NCBI GenBank assembly: GCA_035937795.1
Contig: DASZHO010000062.1
Coordinates: 7,467 to 71,466 of the forward strand
Reading direction: 5' to 3'
DNA length: 64,000 nucleotides
Source of the DNA: Vicinamibacterales bacterium
GTDB lineage: Bacteria; Acidobacteriota; Vicinamibacteria; Vicinamibacterales; JAMQPK01
Positions 10,101 through 18,606 of the stretch are shown piece after piece. How positions within the stretch are numbered: the stretch's first letter is position 1; every line of letters begins with the position of its first letter. Under the pieces are notes generated by a model. It was not told the origin of the DNA, made no database searches, and was given only the letters and a program-made list of their open reading frames with translations. The translations under genes and the position numbers were made by a program.

Positions 10101-13100
10101 TCGGTGAGCAAACGCACGTCTCCACAGACTCGGGAGCCTTCGTGCCTACACACAGCATGCGCCCAGAGAGCGCCCGAAGTCGCATCTTGCTTGTGAAGAC
10201 GGAAGCGGTCCATGGACACGGGCACGAGGGTTGCGCGGAAATCGGTGGACAGGGCTGTCGCGAGGACCTGCAAAGCGGAATCAAGAAGGGCAGGATGTAT
10301 CCGATAGCGCCTGGCGTCGGAAGGCGCCGGCCTCAGTCGGGCGATCGCTTCGCCGTCTCCTGTCCAGACCGATTCGATTCCCTGGAAGGAAGGGCCGTAG
10401 TCCAGGCGGAGGTCCGCCATACGCTGATAGTGATCCGCACCGGGCCTTTCGATGGAGCAGCGTGCTTGAATGGCGGCGAGGGAATCGGTGCTAACTCCCA
10501 CTTGCTCGTCTTCCGAAGCGGACACCCGAATCTGGCCCCGTGCGTGCCGGGAAAAACTCGGCGCCCCTTCGATCCCCGGTGCAGGGGTTTCACCAAACAC
10601 TTGCCACTCGAAGCGGGTAGGCACCTGCCGGGTCAGGGTCACTTGGATCTCGCGAGCCTCGCCGTCGGAAAGCACGAGCGCCTTTTCAAAGCGAACGTTC
10701 TCCAGAGCGATCGAAGCCGCATCACCCAGAGCCTCCCCAGCTGCCTCGAGCGCCATCTCGAGATAGACAGTGGCGGGGACCATGATTTCCCCGTGGACCC
10801 GATGGTCCTGCAAGAAGGGGAAGGCGTCCGTGCTGAGCGGGCGTTGCCAGAATTCGGTTGCGGGGTCCGCCGCTGACCGAGTGCGGTCGCCAAGTAAAGG
10901 ATTCTTCGCCCTGAGGCTCACTCGCTTCTTTCCCGAGGATTTCCCGCTCTCGTCGTCGAACCAAAAGCGCTCTCGCTGCCAGGGATAGCCGGGTAGCGGC
11001 ACGCATTCGGCGCCAGGTGGATAGAGCCGGCCCCACTCCACGGACCTTCCGAGTGCATAAAGGCTCGCGAGCGTTGAGAGCAGCGATCGGCGTTCAGGCT
11101 CATCACGCCGCAGCGAGCCGAGCACCATCCCGTCCCGCTCCAAGTGGAACAGGCACTGCTGGATAGCGGGCAACACGATCGGATGAGGGCTGACCTCGAG
11201 AAAGACGTCGATTCCGTCTTCGAGAAGCTTCTCGATGACGCCAGCGAACAGTACCGGCTCGCGGAGGTTGCGCACCCAATATTCCGCACTAAGGTCGCGA
11301 CCCGACGCGATTGCCCCGGTGACAGTGGAATACAAAGGAGCTGTCGTCCTCCGCGGAACGATGCCTTCCAGCATGGAAAGCAGGTCGTCACGCAGGACTT
11401 CCATCTGAGGGCTGTGCGACGCGTAGTCCACCTTGATGCGGCGGCAGAAAACTCCGTCGTGCTCGAGGCCGGTGAGGACCTCCTCCAGAGCGTCGGGGTC
11501 ACCCGATAGCACCGTCGAGGTTGGACTGTTGCTGACCGCGATCGAGAGACGGTCCTGGTATCCCGTGAGGACTTCGGTCGATCTCGCCAAAGAAAGTTCG
11601 ACCATCGCCATCGCTCCGCGTCCGCTCGTTCGCCTTGCGAGGCGGCTCCGACGGCAGATGATGCGCGCTGCGTCTCCCAGAGAAAGGGCCCCGGCGACGT
11701 GCGCGGCCGCCACCTCGCCCATGCTTTGACCCACCACGGCGTCGGGCTTTACTCCCCAGGATCGCCAGAGCTCGGCGAGAGCGACCTGGAGGGCGAAGAT
11801 CGCGGGCTGTATCACGTCAACCTCTTCGAGCCGCGATTTCTCCTTTGAGGCTTGGATCTCGGCGGTCAACGACCAATCGACGTGCTCCGCGAAGGCAGCC
11901 TCGCATCTTTCGATCGCGTCGGCGAAGACCGGCTCGCGCGCGCTGAGTTCCCTTCCCATTCCCAGCCATTGCGAGCCCTGGCCGGGAAACACGAAGGCTA
12001 CTTTTCGCCGCCTGTTCGTGAGGCGCCGGCCCACCTCGACCTCACGAGGGTTGTCCCGCTCCAGAAACGCCACGAGCTTTGAGAGCATCTCCGAGCGAGT
12101 CGCCGCCACTGCCGCGAGCCGAAAATCGTGATGGCTTCGTCGAACGGCAGCCGTCGCACACAAATCGACCAGCGACACCGTGTTCTTTCCATCGGCCAGG
12201 TGTTCTGCGTAGGCACGAGCCAGACTTGAAAGCGCTTCTCCGCTTCGGGCAGACATAGGAAGAACACAGGCGTCGTCTGCCGACGCCCGTCCGCTCGGGG
12301 TTCTTGGGGAAAGTTCTTCGAGGACCAAGTGTGCGTTCGTGCCTCCGAAGCCGAATGAGCTCACGCCCCCTCGGGCCGGCTTGGACTCCGCTGGCCACGG
12401 CTCGAGACGGGTGACGACCCGGAGCGGCAGGACGTCGAATCGAATATATGGATTGGGCTTCTCAAAATGAAGGCTCGGAGGCAACTGCCGCCGGTCGAGA
12501 GACAGAGCGAGTTTGATGAGACCGGCGACGCCGGCCGCGGCTTCCAGATGTCCGAAGTTCGTCTTGGCCGAACCCACGGCACAGCGCGCTTCCCGGGAAC
12601 GGCCGGCGGCGAGCACTGCCCCAAGGGCATTCAGCTCGATCGGATCTCCAAGCGCCGTTCCGGTACCGTGCGCTTCTACGTATTGGATGTCCGATGGACC
12701 GATACCGGCATTCGAGAGAGCCTCGCGGACGAGCGCTTCCTGGGAAAGACCGTTGGGTGCCGTGAGCCCGTTGGTCCGCCCGTCCTGATTGACCGAGCCC
12801 CCCCGGATGACTGCGTAGATTCGATCTCCATCCGATAACGCGCTCTCGAGGGGCTTGAGGAAGACGACACCCGCTCCTTCCCCGCGCACGTAGCCGTTGG
12901 CGCGAGCATCGAAAGCTTTGCAGCGGCCGTCGGGCGCCATCGCGTGCAGCTTTGAGAATCCGATTGTGACGGCGGGAGAGAGCATCACATTGACGCCCCC
13001 GGCGAGAGCGAGCGTGGACTCGCCGCGCCGCAGACTCTGACAGGCGTAATAGGCGGCGACGAGAGACGAGGAGCATGCCGTGTCGATGACGACGCTGGGG

Positions 13101-13600
13101 CCGCGGAAATCGAAGAGATACGAGATCCGGTTTGCGGCCATGCTGAGCGCGCTCCCGGTGTTGACGTATCCGTCGCGGATTTCGTCGAAGCGGGCAAGCT
13201 GCCGGCTTCCGTAGTCGTAGCTCGATATTCCCACGAAGACGCCTACCGGCTGCCCGGCCAGCTTCTCGGCCGGAATCCCGGCATCCTCCATCGCTTCCCA
13301 GGCGACTTCCATGAGGAGCCGCTGCTGAGGGTCTATGTACGCCGCTTCGCGCGGAGAGATACCGAAGAACGCGGCGTCAAACCGATCCACCTCTGTCAGG
13401 AAACCGCCCCAACGAGTGTTCATCTTTCCCGGCACAGCGGGATCGTCGTCGTGCAGCTCATCCAGATTCCAGCGTTCGGGAGGCACTTCGCGAATCGCGT
13501 CGACGCCGTCAGCAAGCAATCGCCAGAATGCGTCAGGACCGCTGGCCCCGGGAAACCGGCACCCGACGCCGACGATGGCGACCGGCTCGAACCTGTCCAT
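7130..13600 (-). CDS. Fully reducing type I polyketide synthase, KS-AT-DH-ER-KR-ACP (mycocerosic-acid-synthase-like architecture)
   Basis: KS: 'VAIVGVGCRFPG', 'DTACSSSL', 'EAHGTGT', 'NFGHLEAAAG'. AT: 'FVFPGQGSQW', 'GQSMGE' (11717-11731), 'YASH' (11414-11425). DH: 'HRVHGEIMVP' (HxxxGxxxxP). ER: 'LVHSATGAVGLACVRLAQETGAEIYATAG'. KR: 'YVLTGGLGGIGLVVGGWL', 'YAAANQFLD'. ACP: 'MGIDSLMAIELKN'. The ORF track begins at TTG 13606. The first ATG is 13600, 2 nt after the upstream TGA. Confidence 0.95.
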   Translation of the reverse strand: MDRFEPVAIVGVGCRFPGASGPDAFWRLLADGVDAIREVPPERWNLDELHDDDPAVPGKMNTRWGGFLTEVDRFDAAFFGISPREAAYIDPQQRLLMEVAWEAMEDAGIPAEKLAGQPVGVFVGISSYDYGSRQLARFDEIRDGYVNTGSALSMAANRISYLFDFRGPSVVIDTACSSSLVAAYYACQSLRRGESTLALAGGVNVMLSPAVTIGFSKLHAMAPDGRCKAFDARANGYVRGEGAGVVFLKPLESALSDGDRIYAVIRGGSVNQDGRTNGLTAPNGLSQEALVREALSNAGIGPSDIQYVEAHGTGTALGDPIELNALGAVLAAGRSREARCAVGSAKTNFGHLEAAAGVAGLIKLALSLDRRQLPPSLHFEKPNPYIRFDVLPLRVVTRLEPWPAESKPARGGVSSFGFGGTNAHLVLEELSPRTPSGRASADDACVLPMSARSGEALSSLARAYAEHLADGKNTVSLVDLCATAAVRRSHHDFRLAAVAATRSEMLSKLVAFLERDNPREVEVGRRLTNRRRKVAFVFPGQGSQWLGMGRELSAREPVFADAIERCEAAFAEHVDWSLTAEIQASKEKSRLEEVDVIQPAIFALQVALAELWRSWGVKPDAVVGQSMGEVAAAHVAGALSLGDAARIICRRSRLARRTSGRGAMAMVELSLARSTEVLTGYQDRLSIAVSNSPTSTVLSGDPDALEEVLTGLEHDGVFCRRIKVDYASHSPQMEVLRDDLLSMLEGIVPRRTTAPLYSTVTGAIASGRDLSAEYWVRNLREPVLFAGVIEKLLEDGIDVFLEVSPHPIVLPAIQQCLFHLERDGMVLGSLRRDEPERRSLLSTLASLYALGRSVEWGRLYPPGAECVPLPGYPWQRERFWFDDESGKSSGKKRVSLRAKNPLLGDRTRSAADPATEFWQRPLSTDAFPFLQDHRVHGEIMVPATVYLEMALEAAGEALGDAASIALENVRFEKALVLSDGEAREIQVTLTRQVPTRFEWQVFGETPAPGIEGAPSFSRHARGQIRVSASEDEQVGVSTDSLAAIQARCSIERPGADHYQRMADLRLDYGPSFQGIESVWTGDGEAIARLRPAPSDARRYRIHPALLDSALQVLATALSTDFRATLVPVSMDRFRLHKQDATSGALWAHAVCRHEGSRVCGDVRLLTEADELVAEASAIGLAPLDVSADPEKERFYSLTWEQHSTRPDAVKETREGGFLIFADSTGVGTRLAELITARGETAILVTRGAALHVPENLSEAGLCRIDPARSQDYSELLGALKRRGIALDSVIHLWSLDVAEGASDASALGVESALLLVQALVRRGIDESTRLWLTTRGVQYIVESDEVSPFRAPLWGLARTIVQEHPEFFCTAIDLSAESSENEARALADELWRSDREQQVAFRDDRRFVARLTRADSAATKLLKPMPFRAQLAETGNLSGISFRQVARRRPAAGEVEIEVVAAGLNFRDIFLALGLLPSDGDLVLGHECAGRITALGEGVTSFSVGDEVVALARPSLSSVVRTPAWLVVAKPARLDFEEAATLPIAFLTAHYAVNHLGRLRRDERVLVHSATGAVGLACVRLAQETGAEIYATAGTDEKRRLLESLDVRRAMDSRSLSFADEVMEASGGKGVDVIVNSLAGEAFARGLEILRPGGRFIELGKRDLLEGGQLPLRCLEDSRSFFLVDLNSLAAKRPEDCGRLLREAVRLFEEKHLAPLPKQVFAANDLAEALHHMARSRHIGKVVIDMDPRSVTVAPPTDASARIRDDSTYVLTGGLGGIGLVVGGWLVEKGATSLVLVGRSEPTLEARQAIEAMERAGAQVVVDRFDVGDAGSVDAAFVRWARDLPPVRGIVHAAGLLDDGTLLQQTPERFRRVMAPKVEGAWNLHRASLDSPLDFFLLFSSAASMLGSAGQANYAAANQFLDALAHYRRARNLPAVSINWGPWSDVGLAARPDRGGRLGIAGIESLSLRQGVEALGRVMISDVSQVLVMGVDWQVWRASHPVLAEMPFFSRLEGAISVRADTQNPTRTQLLAAGPAERLQILTDRLREHVAGVVRLAASKIDLDQPLVTMGIDSLMAIELKNRVEKEIGVAIPLLQLIKGPSLSELARSMVNSVGGQAIPVSDTATAGSVPEGTGKSLLLSLLSLRDGQPRSTQHR

Positions 13601-13602
13601 GA

Positions 13603-15711
13603 TCAATCCCGCCCATCTTCAGCCGGAGCTCTCCCGGGGGGCGCTTCAGCGAGATGGGCAGCGAGGTCTGAAATCGTCGGGTAGTTCCAAAACAACGTGG
13701 GCGATAGTTTGCGGCCCAGCCAGATCTCGATTTCGCCGAGGAAGGTCAACGTCCGCAAAGAGTCGAGACCGAGCGAGCTGAACGGTTGGCTGACGTCCAC
13801 CTCAAGCGGTGAGATCGAGAGGCTGCTCGAGATCTTCTGCGAAAGAACCGCCTCGATTTCCTCCTGCGATCGCATCCGGATATCGGTGGCCTCGCCAGCG
13901 GTGACCGGTGATTCCCTCCACTCGTAAACGATCGGAAGGCGTCCTTCGAGAAACGCCCGTGCGCAGGCGCTCCGCTGGATCTTTCCACTCGAAGTTTTCG
14001 CGACTCCATTCTGACGGACGAGCACGACGGCGTACGGCGTGATCTCATGGTCCTGGGTGATCGCGGAGCGGATGAGCGCAACAGCTTTCTCTGCTTCGTG
14101 GTGATGATGCCGATCGATTTCCTGGACCACGATCAGCCGTTCTTCGCCGTCCACGTCCACCGGCAAAGCCGCGCCCCCATCAACGCGAAGAGCCGGATGG
14201 GTGTTTTGGGCCGTCAGCTCGATGTCATGCGGGTAGTGATTGCGCCCCCGAATGATGATGAGATCTTTGATGCGGCCAGTCACGAAGAGCTCTCCATCGC
14301 GCAGCAAGCCGAGATCGCCGGTGCGCAAAAAGCGCCCCGGTCCCGTGTCTCCCGCAGGCGAGGCCTGGAACACGAACGTCGATTCTTCGGGTTGGTTCCA
14401 GTAACCCTTCGCCACGCTGGCGCTGTCGACCCAGATTTCCCCTACCTCGTCCGGCGCGCAAGCAAGAAGAGTCTCCGGATGCACGATGAGCACGTTTGTT
14501 CCGGGCTCCGGGCCGCCGCAGCCGACGAGAGCCTTCACATCAGAATCAGAATCAGACTCGGCCGCTTCAGTGACTCGGCCGCCGCCGAGCGCGCGAGCGG
14601 ACGCGAGAAAACAGGCTGGCTCCTGGCCCCGGCGTGCGGTTGTGACCTTCAACGTGGCCTCCGCCAGACCGTAGGCTGGGCAGAGCGCGGTGGGTGAAAA
14701 CCCGCAGCTCGCGAACGCCCTCGCGAACTGATCGAGCGTCTGCTTGCGGACCGGCTCTGCGCCGTTGAAAGCGACGGCCCAGCGGCTCAGGTCGAGGCCC
14801 TCCTTCTGTTCGGAGGTGATGCGTTGTGTGCAGAGATCGTAGGCGAAGTTGGGACCGCCGCTATGGGTGGCGCCGAAGCGCGAAATGGCCTGGAGCCAAC
14901 GAAGTGGCCGCTGGAGAAACGCAGCCGGGGCCATGAAATAGCAGGGAAACCCGAGGACCACTGGCGCGACCATCCCCCAGACAAGGCCCATATCGTGGAA
15001 ATGCGGCAGCCAGCTCACAGCAACGCTGTCGTCGCCATGGCGAAATCCGCGCTCGATATCCGCGACGTTGGCGAGAAGATTCCCGTGGGACACCATCACC
15101 CCTTTTGGGGTCCGTGTGGATCCGGAGGTGTATTGCAGGTACGCGAGGGAATTCGGATCCAGGCTTCTATAACCTCCGCTCCACTCGGGCGAGGGATCCG
15201 GGGGAATCTCTTCGGGAGCGATCCAGCGAAGCCCGGCGAGCTCAGGTGAATGGCGGAACGCGCGATCGAGCCCCGCGCGAACGGAGCTGGTCGTCAGCGC
15301 GAAACGCGCCCCCGCGTCGCGCGACACATCGATCAATCGAGCATCACGGCGGTTCAGCTTCGGCGGGTAGAGCGGCACCGCAACCACTCCGGCGTAGAGG
15401 CAGCCGACGAGCGCCGCGAGGAATTCGAGCCCCGGCGGATGAAGCAGAAGTGCGCGCTCGCCCACGGCGCCCTGATCCAGCAAGTGACCCGCGATGGTGC
15501 GCGCTTGACGATCCAGGCTCCCGTAGGTCAACGAATTCAGTTCCTCGTCGCCGTCCTCGAGGAAGGCGCAGGCCAGGCGATCGCCTTCATGCTCGGCGCG
15601 CGATCTCAGAATGTCGATGACGGAAGACGAGTTTCGGATGCGCCACGAGAGATCGTGGGCGACGGTATCGTCCCCCAGCACGGTCGCCGCGGCAGGGCCA
15701 CTTCGACGCAT
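13603..15711 (-). CDS. Fatty acyl-AMP ligase (FAAL) fused to a C-terminal acyl carrier domain
   Basis: Motifs: 'LAYLQYTSGSTRTPKGVMVSHGNLL', 'FLRTGDLG', 'SSGKIQR', and a C-terminal carrier motif 'LGLDSLRTLTFLGEIE'. The longest ORF (to 15987) has a low-complexity N-terminus that overlaps the upstream gene. ATG 15711 lies 2 nt after that gene's TGA (15714-15716). Confidence 0.9.
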   Translation of the reverse strand: MRRSGPAAATVLGDDTVAHDLSWRIRNSSSVIDILRSRAEHEGDRLACAFLEDGDEELNSLTYGSLDRQARTIAGHLLDQGAVGERALLLHPPGLEFLAALVGCLYAGVVAVPLYPPKLNRRDARLIDVSRDAGARFALTTSSVRAGLDRAFRHSPELAGLRWIAPEEIPPDPSPEWSGGYRSLDPNSLAYLQYTSGSTRTPKGVMVSHGNLLANVADIERGFRHGDDSVAVSWLPHFHDMGLVWGMVAPVVLGFPCYFMAPAAFLQRPLRWLQAISRFGATHSGGPNFAYDLCTQRITSEQKEGLDLSRWAVAFNGAEPVRKQTLDQFARAFASCGFSPTALCPAYGLAEATLKVTTARRGQEPACFLASARALGGGRVTEAAESDSDSDVKALVGCGGPEPGTNVLIVHPETLLACAPDEVGEIWVDSASVAKGYWNQPEESTFVFQASPAGDTGPGRFLRTGDLGLLRDGELFVTGRIKDLIIIRGRNHYPHDIELTAQNTHPALRVDGGAALPVDVDGEERLIVVQEIDRHHHHEAEKAVALIRSAITQDHEITPYAVVLVRQNGVAKTSSGKIQRSACARAFLEGRLPIVYEWRESPVTAGEATDIRMRSQEEIEAVLSQKISSSLSISPLEVDVSQPFSSLGLDSLRTLTFLGEIEIWLGRKLSPTLFWNYPTISDLAAHLAEAPPGRAPAEDGRD

Positions 15712-15713
15712 TC

Positions 15714-16577
15714 TCACCCCGTTACCTGGGGCGCGTCGAGGAGGCCGCGCCGCTCTCTCAAGAAATTGAGGATGTTGTTCAAGACGAGCTCGGGATGCTC
15801 CAGGCTGCTGAAGTGCTTGAGCTTGGCCCCGGGAACGATTGTTGACGAGCTCGCCGGCAGCCGCTCGCTCAGTTCCCGATGGGCCTCGAGAAAGACCGAG
15901 TTCGACTCGCAGATCAATAATGTTGGATGCTCGATTTTCGAAAGGCTGTCGAGCCCCATATTGCCCTCGGCTTCTCGTCCCTCCCACATTGGCCTCAAGA
16001 TGTCGAGCACGCGGAAGACGATCTCCTCATCCCGGAGCCTTCCCTGGGCGGGACCGTAGAGAATTGGAATCTCGATAAGCCGCCGCAGCAAATATTCCAG
16101 GTCGCAGCGATTCTCCTCGGGGATCGGTCGCCCCGACAGCGTTTCGATTGTCTCGGTCACGTAGGCCCAGCCGTCCCAGTCGCGACGGCGGTACACGGAG
16201 GCGAGCGGCGCGAGGAGGGCACCTTCCACGAGGACCAGCTCGGAGACGCGCTCCGGATTCAGCAGGGCAAAGTGCAGGACGATGTCAGCGCCCCAGGAAT
16301 GACCGACAAACGCTGCCTTCTCGATGCCGAGGCCATCCAGAATGGCGCGAAGGTCCTGGACCATGTCGCCGGTCGCATAGCCGGCTGGCAGTGCGTCGCT
16401 GCGTCCGTGCCCCCGCAGGTCGTACGTCAAAACACGGTATTCGCGCTGGAGCTCCGGCACCATTGTGAGGTGCCACGCGGCGAGATTTCCCCCGAGGCCG
16501 TGAACGAGAACGAGATCGGGTCCTTGCCCCGATACCCAGTAGTGAAACTCCAGGTTGTTAGCTTCGATTTTCGGCAC
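15714..16577 (-). CDS. Alpha/beta-fold hydrolase (possible thioesterase/release or editing enzyme)
   Basis: 'LVLVHGLGGNLAAW' (oxyanion region) and the 'FVGHSWGAD' GxSxG nucleophile elbow. The start is GTG at 16577. Confidence 0.8.
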   Translation of the reverse strand: MPKIEANNLEFHYWVSGQGPDLVLVHGLGGNLAAWHLTMVPELQREYRVLTYDLRGHGRSDALPAGYATGDMVQDLRAILDGLGIEKAAFVGHSWGADIVLHFALLNPERVSELVLVEGALLAPLASVYRRRDWDGWAYVTETIETLSGRPIPEENRCDLEYLLRRLIEIPILYGPAQGRLRDEEIVFRVLDILRPMWEGREAEGNMGLDSLSKIEHPTLLICESNSVFLEAHRELSERLPASSSTIVPGAKLKHFSSLEHPELVLNNILNFLRERRGLLDAPQVTG

Positions 16578-16667
16578 CGCGGCTCCGTCCCGTGGCTGTT
16601 GGGGAAGCCACTGCCCAGGGCGTAGTTACCGTAGCCCCTTTCGCCAAGTCAACTGCAAAGCCGATCG

Positions 16668-17330
16668 TCATCGGCGCCGGCAAACGAATGCCCGGTGCTG
16701 GACGGCACGAATTGTCACGGACGGGAAAACGCGCTTGAAGCCGATCTCCCGTTCGATCGAAAAGCCCTGTTGAGGCAGATCGTTTCGCCACTCCGCAGGC
16801 GATCGATAATGGTGCGGCGCCTCATCCGGCTCGAAATTCAATCGGCGGTCGGCACGCAGGGTGGTTTCAGCCTCTCGAGCGTTTCCCGGCGTATCCTCGA
16901 GCAGCACAAACGCCCCGGCCGGCCGGAGCACCCGCCTAATCTCGCCAAGAATGGTCTGCTGCCCTTCGAACCGGACATGGTGCAATACGAAAGCGGCCCA
17001 CACGCCGTCAAATGTCGCATCAAGAAAGGGCAGATCCGTGCCGCTCCCCTTTGTGGCATAACAGGAAAACGCAGAGATACGACGAGCCACATGCCGGGAG
17101 ACTGAATTAACCGGGTCCATCATCACGCAGGAGCGACCGGGAGCATCCCGGAGAACGGTTTCCGTGATGTGGCCAAGCCCTGAACCAAGATCGAGCAGCA
17201 GGCCTTCCTGGGGCAGGTGACGGTCAAGCTGCGACTTGCGCAGCACGTCACGCGTCCGCCAACGGATCACGGCCTCACCCAACCCCCAATTGCTCACGAC
17301 GCGCTGGACGCCGGCGCCGAAAAGGCTCAT
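16668..17330 (-). CDS. Class I SAM-dependent methyltransferase (Methyltransf_11/25-like)
   Basis: 'LLLDLGSGLGHITE' is motif I and 'FDGVWAAFVLHHV' is motif IV-like. There is an ATGA overlap with the upstream GT stop (17327-17330). Confidence 0.8.
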   Translation of the reverse strand: MSLFGAGVQRVVSNWGLGEAVIRWRTRDVLRKSQLDRHLPQEGLLLDLGSGLGHITETVLRDAPGRSCVMMDPVNSVSRHVARRISAFSCYATKGSGTDLPFLDATFDGVWAAFVLHHVRFEGQQTILGEIRRVLRPAGAFVLLEDTPGNAREAETTLRADRRLNFEPDEAPHHYRSPAEWRNDLPQQGFSIEREIGFKRVFPSVTIRAVQHRAFVCRRR

Positions 17331-18586
17331 GCCGCCACCGCGAGGTAGTCCTGAATTGCCTCGATCGCGCGCGCAACCCCGTTCTCCTTCCGGATCTTCG
17401 CGCCAAGAGCGGCTGCGCGACGGCGCATCTCTCTGTCCGCGGTACGCCGGATGGCGTCGGCTAAGTTGTCAGCCGTTAGCTGCTTGACCGGGATAGGACA
17501 TGAACCTGCGCCAAGCTGAAACACTTGTCGCCCCCAGAACGGCTGGTCACCGAAGACCGGTACGACAACAGACGGCAGATCAGCGCGTAATGCTGCTCCG
17601 GTCACTCCGGCCCCGCCGTGATGCACGGCTGCGGATACCTGGGGAAACAGCCAGCTGTGGGGCACCGAATCGATGCTCAACACGTCATCCGTCAGTCGAC
17701 CAGTTCGCAGTCGGCTGCCACCTGCGACGACGACGCCGCGCTGACGGGCGCGTGTCAGCGCCCCGACCACGATGTCGGTCGCCGCCTCGGGCTCTGGGAA
17801 CGGCGTGCTTCCAAACCCGACGAACAGGGGCGGCGAACCGGACCCCAGAAAGTCAACCAATTCGCTCGGCGGCAGCCACCCCGGTGTGTCGTCCAGAAAC
17901 CAATATCCCGTCACGTGAATCCAACTGCCACAGTCGGGTGACCCGGGCACGACAGATGGACTGTATGCGTCCAACACCGGGATGCGCTGACGGTTCATCG
18001 CGCCGAACGGCTCTCTCAAAGGAAGCGGCGGCAGCTCAAGAATGTTCCGGCGCGCAGAGTTTGTGACGTGCCGAAGCTGGTTCCAGATCAGGATGCGGAA
18101 AACAGCCGCGCTGAAAGCACTCAATTCTCCGCGCAGTGCAGTCACCAGATTTGTGCGACCCGCCCAGTCATGCCTTGTTGGTGCGAACGACGCTCGAATC
18201 AGCGGCACTCCGAGCCGCTCGGCGATATGTATACCGATCGGGAGGCCCATCGGAGGGACGATAAGCGCCTCGACATCCCGGCAGGCTTGCCAGTAGCTGG
18301 CGATACCAGCCTCGATGGTCGAAGCCGCCACACGCACGAAGCCGCGCAGAAAACCGATGGTGCTGACGCGTCGCTCTATCCAGTCGCGCCCCGCGGCGGT
18401 GTTCGCGATCTCCTGCGGAGTGTCGCCGATCCGAAGATGGTCGAGGCCATGACGCCGAACAAGCGTCTCGAAACCGCCCAGCGTGACGACGCGAGCGTAA
18501 TGCCCCCCCAGCTTCAGGCCAACACCCAACGCAACACTCGGTTGGACGTCGCCTTGAGAGCCAATGGCCAGAATATCGATGCGCAT
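17327..18586 (-). CDS. GT1-family glycosyltransferase (sterol/lipid UDP-glycosyltransferase-like; GT28 N-terminal + UDPGT C-terminal type)
   Basis: 'MRIDILAIGSQGDVQPSVALG' and 'HHGGAGVTGAALRADLPSVVVPVFGDQPFWG' form the GT-B nucleotide-sugar binding signature. ATG 18586 verified. Confidence 0.85.
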   Translation of the reverse strand: MRIDILAIGSQGDVQPSVALGVGLKLGGHYARVVTLGGFETLVRRHGLDHLRIGDTPQEIANTAAGRDWIERRVSTIGFLRGFVRVAASTIEAGIASYWQACRDVEALIVPPMGLPIGIHIAERLGVPLIRASFAPTRHDWAGRTNLVTALRGELSAFSAAVFRILIWNQLRHVTNSARRNILELPPLPLREPFGAMNRQRIPVLDAYSPSVVPGSPDCGSWIHVTGYWFLDDTPGWLPPSELVDFLGSGSPPLFVGFGSTPFPEPEAATDIVVGALTRARQRGVVVAGGSRLRTGRLTDDVLSIDSVPHSWLFPQVSAAVHHGGAGVTGAALRADLPSVVVPVFGDQPFWGRQVFQLGAGSCPIPVKQLTADNLADAIRRTADREMRRRAAALGAKIRKENGVARAIEAIQDYLAVAA

Positions 18587-18606
18587 GGATCGAATTGAAA
18601 GTACGC

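Noticed and set aside
15712-15987. N-terminal extensions of longest-ORF calls (15712-15987, 23969-24133, 26517-26792, 29543-29620, 46992-47123, 47283-47411, 52620-52934, 54046-54114, 21678-21707)
   Set aside because: Each extension overlaps the upstream gene or is low-complexity. Each is followed by an internal ATG/GTG that abuts the upstream stop and/or has a Shine-Dalgarno-like sequence, and that gives a sensible N-terminus (a signal peptide or alignment with a paralog).
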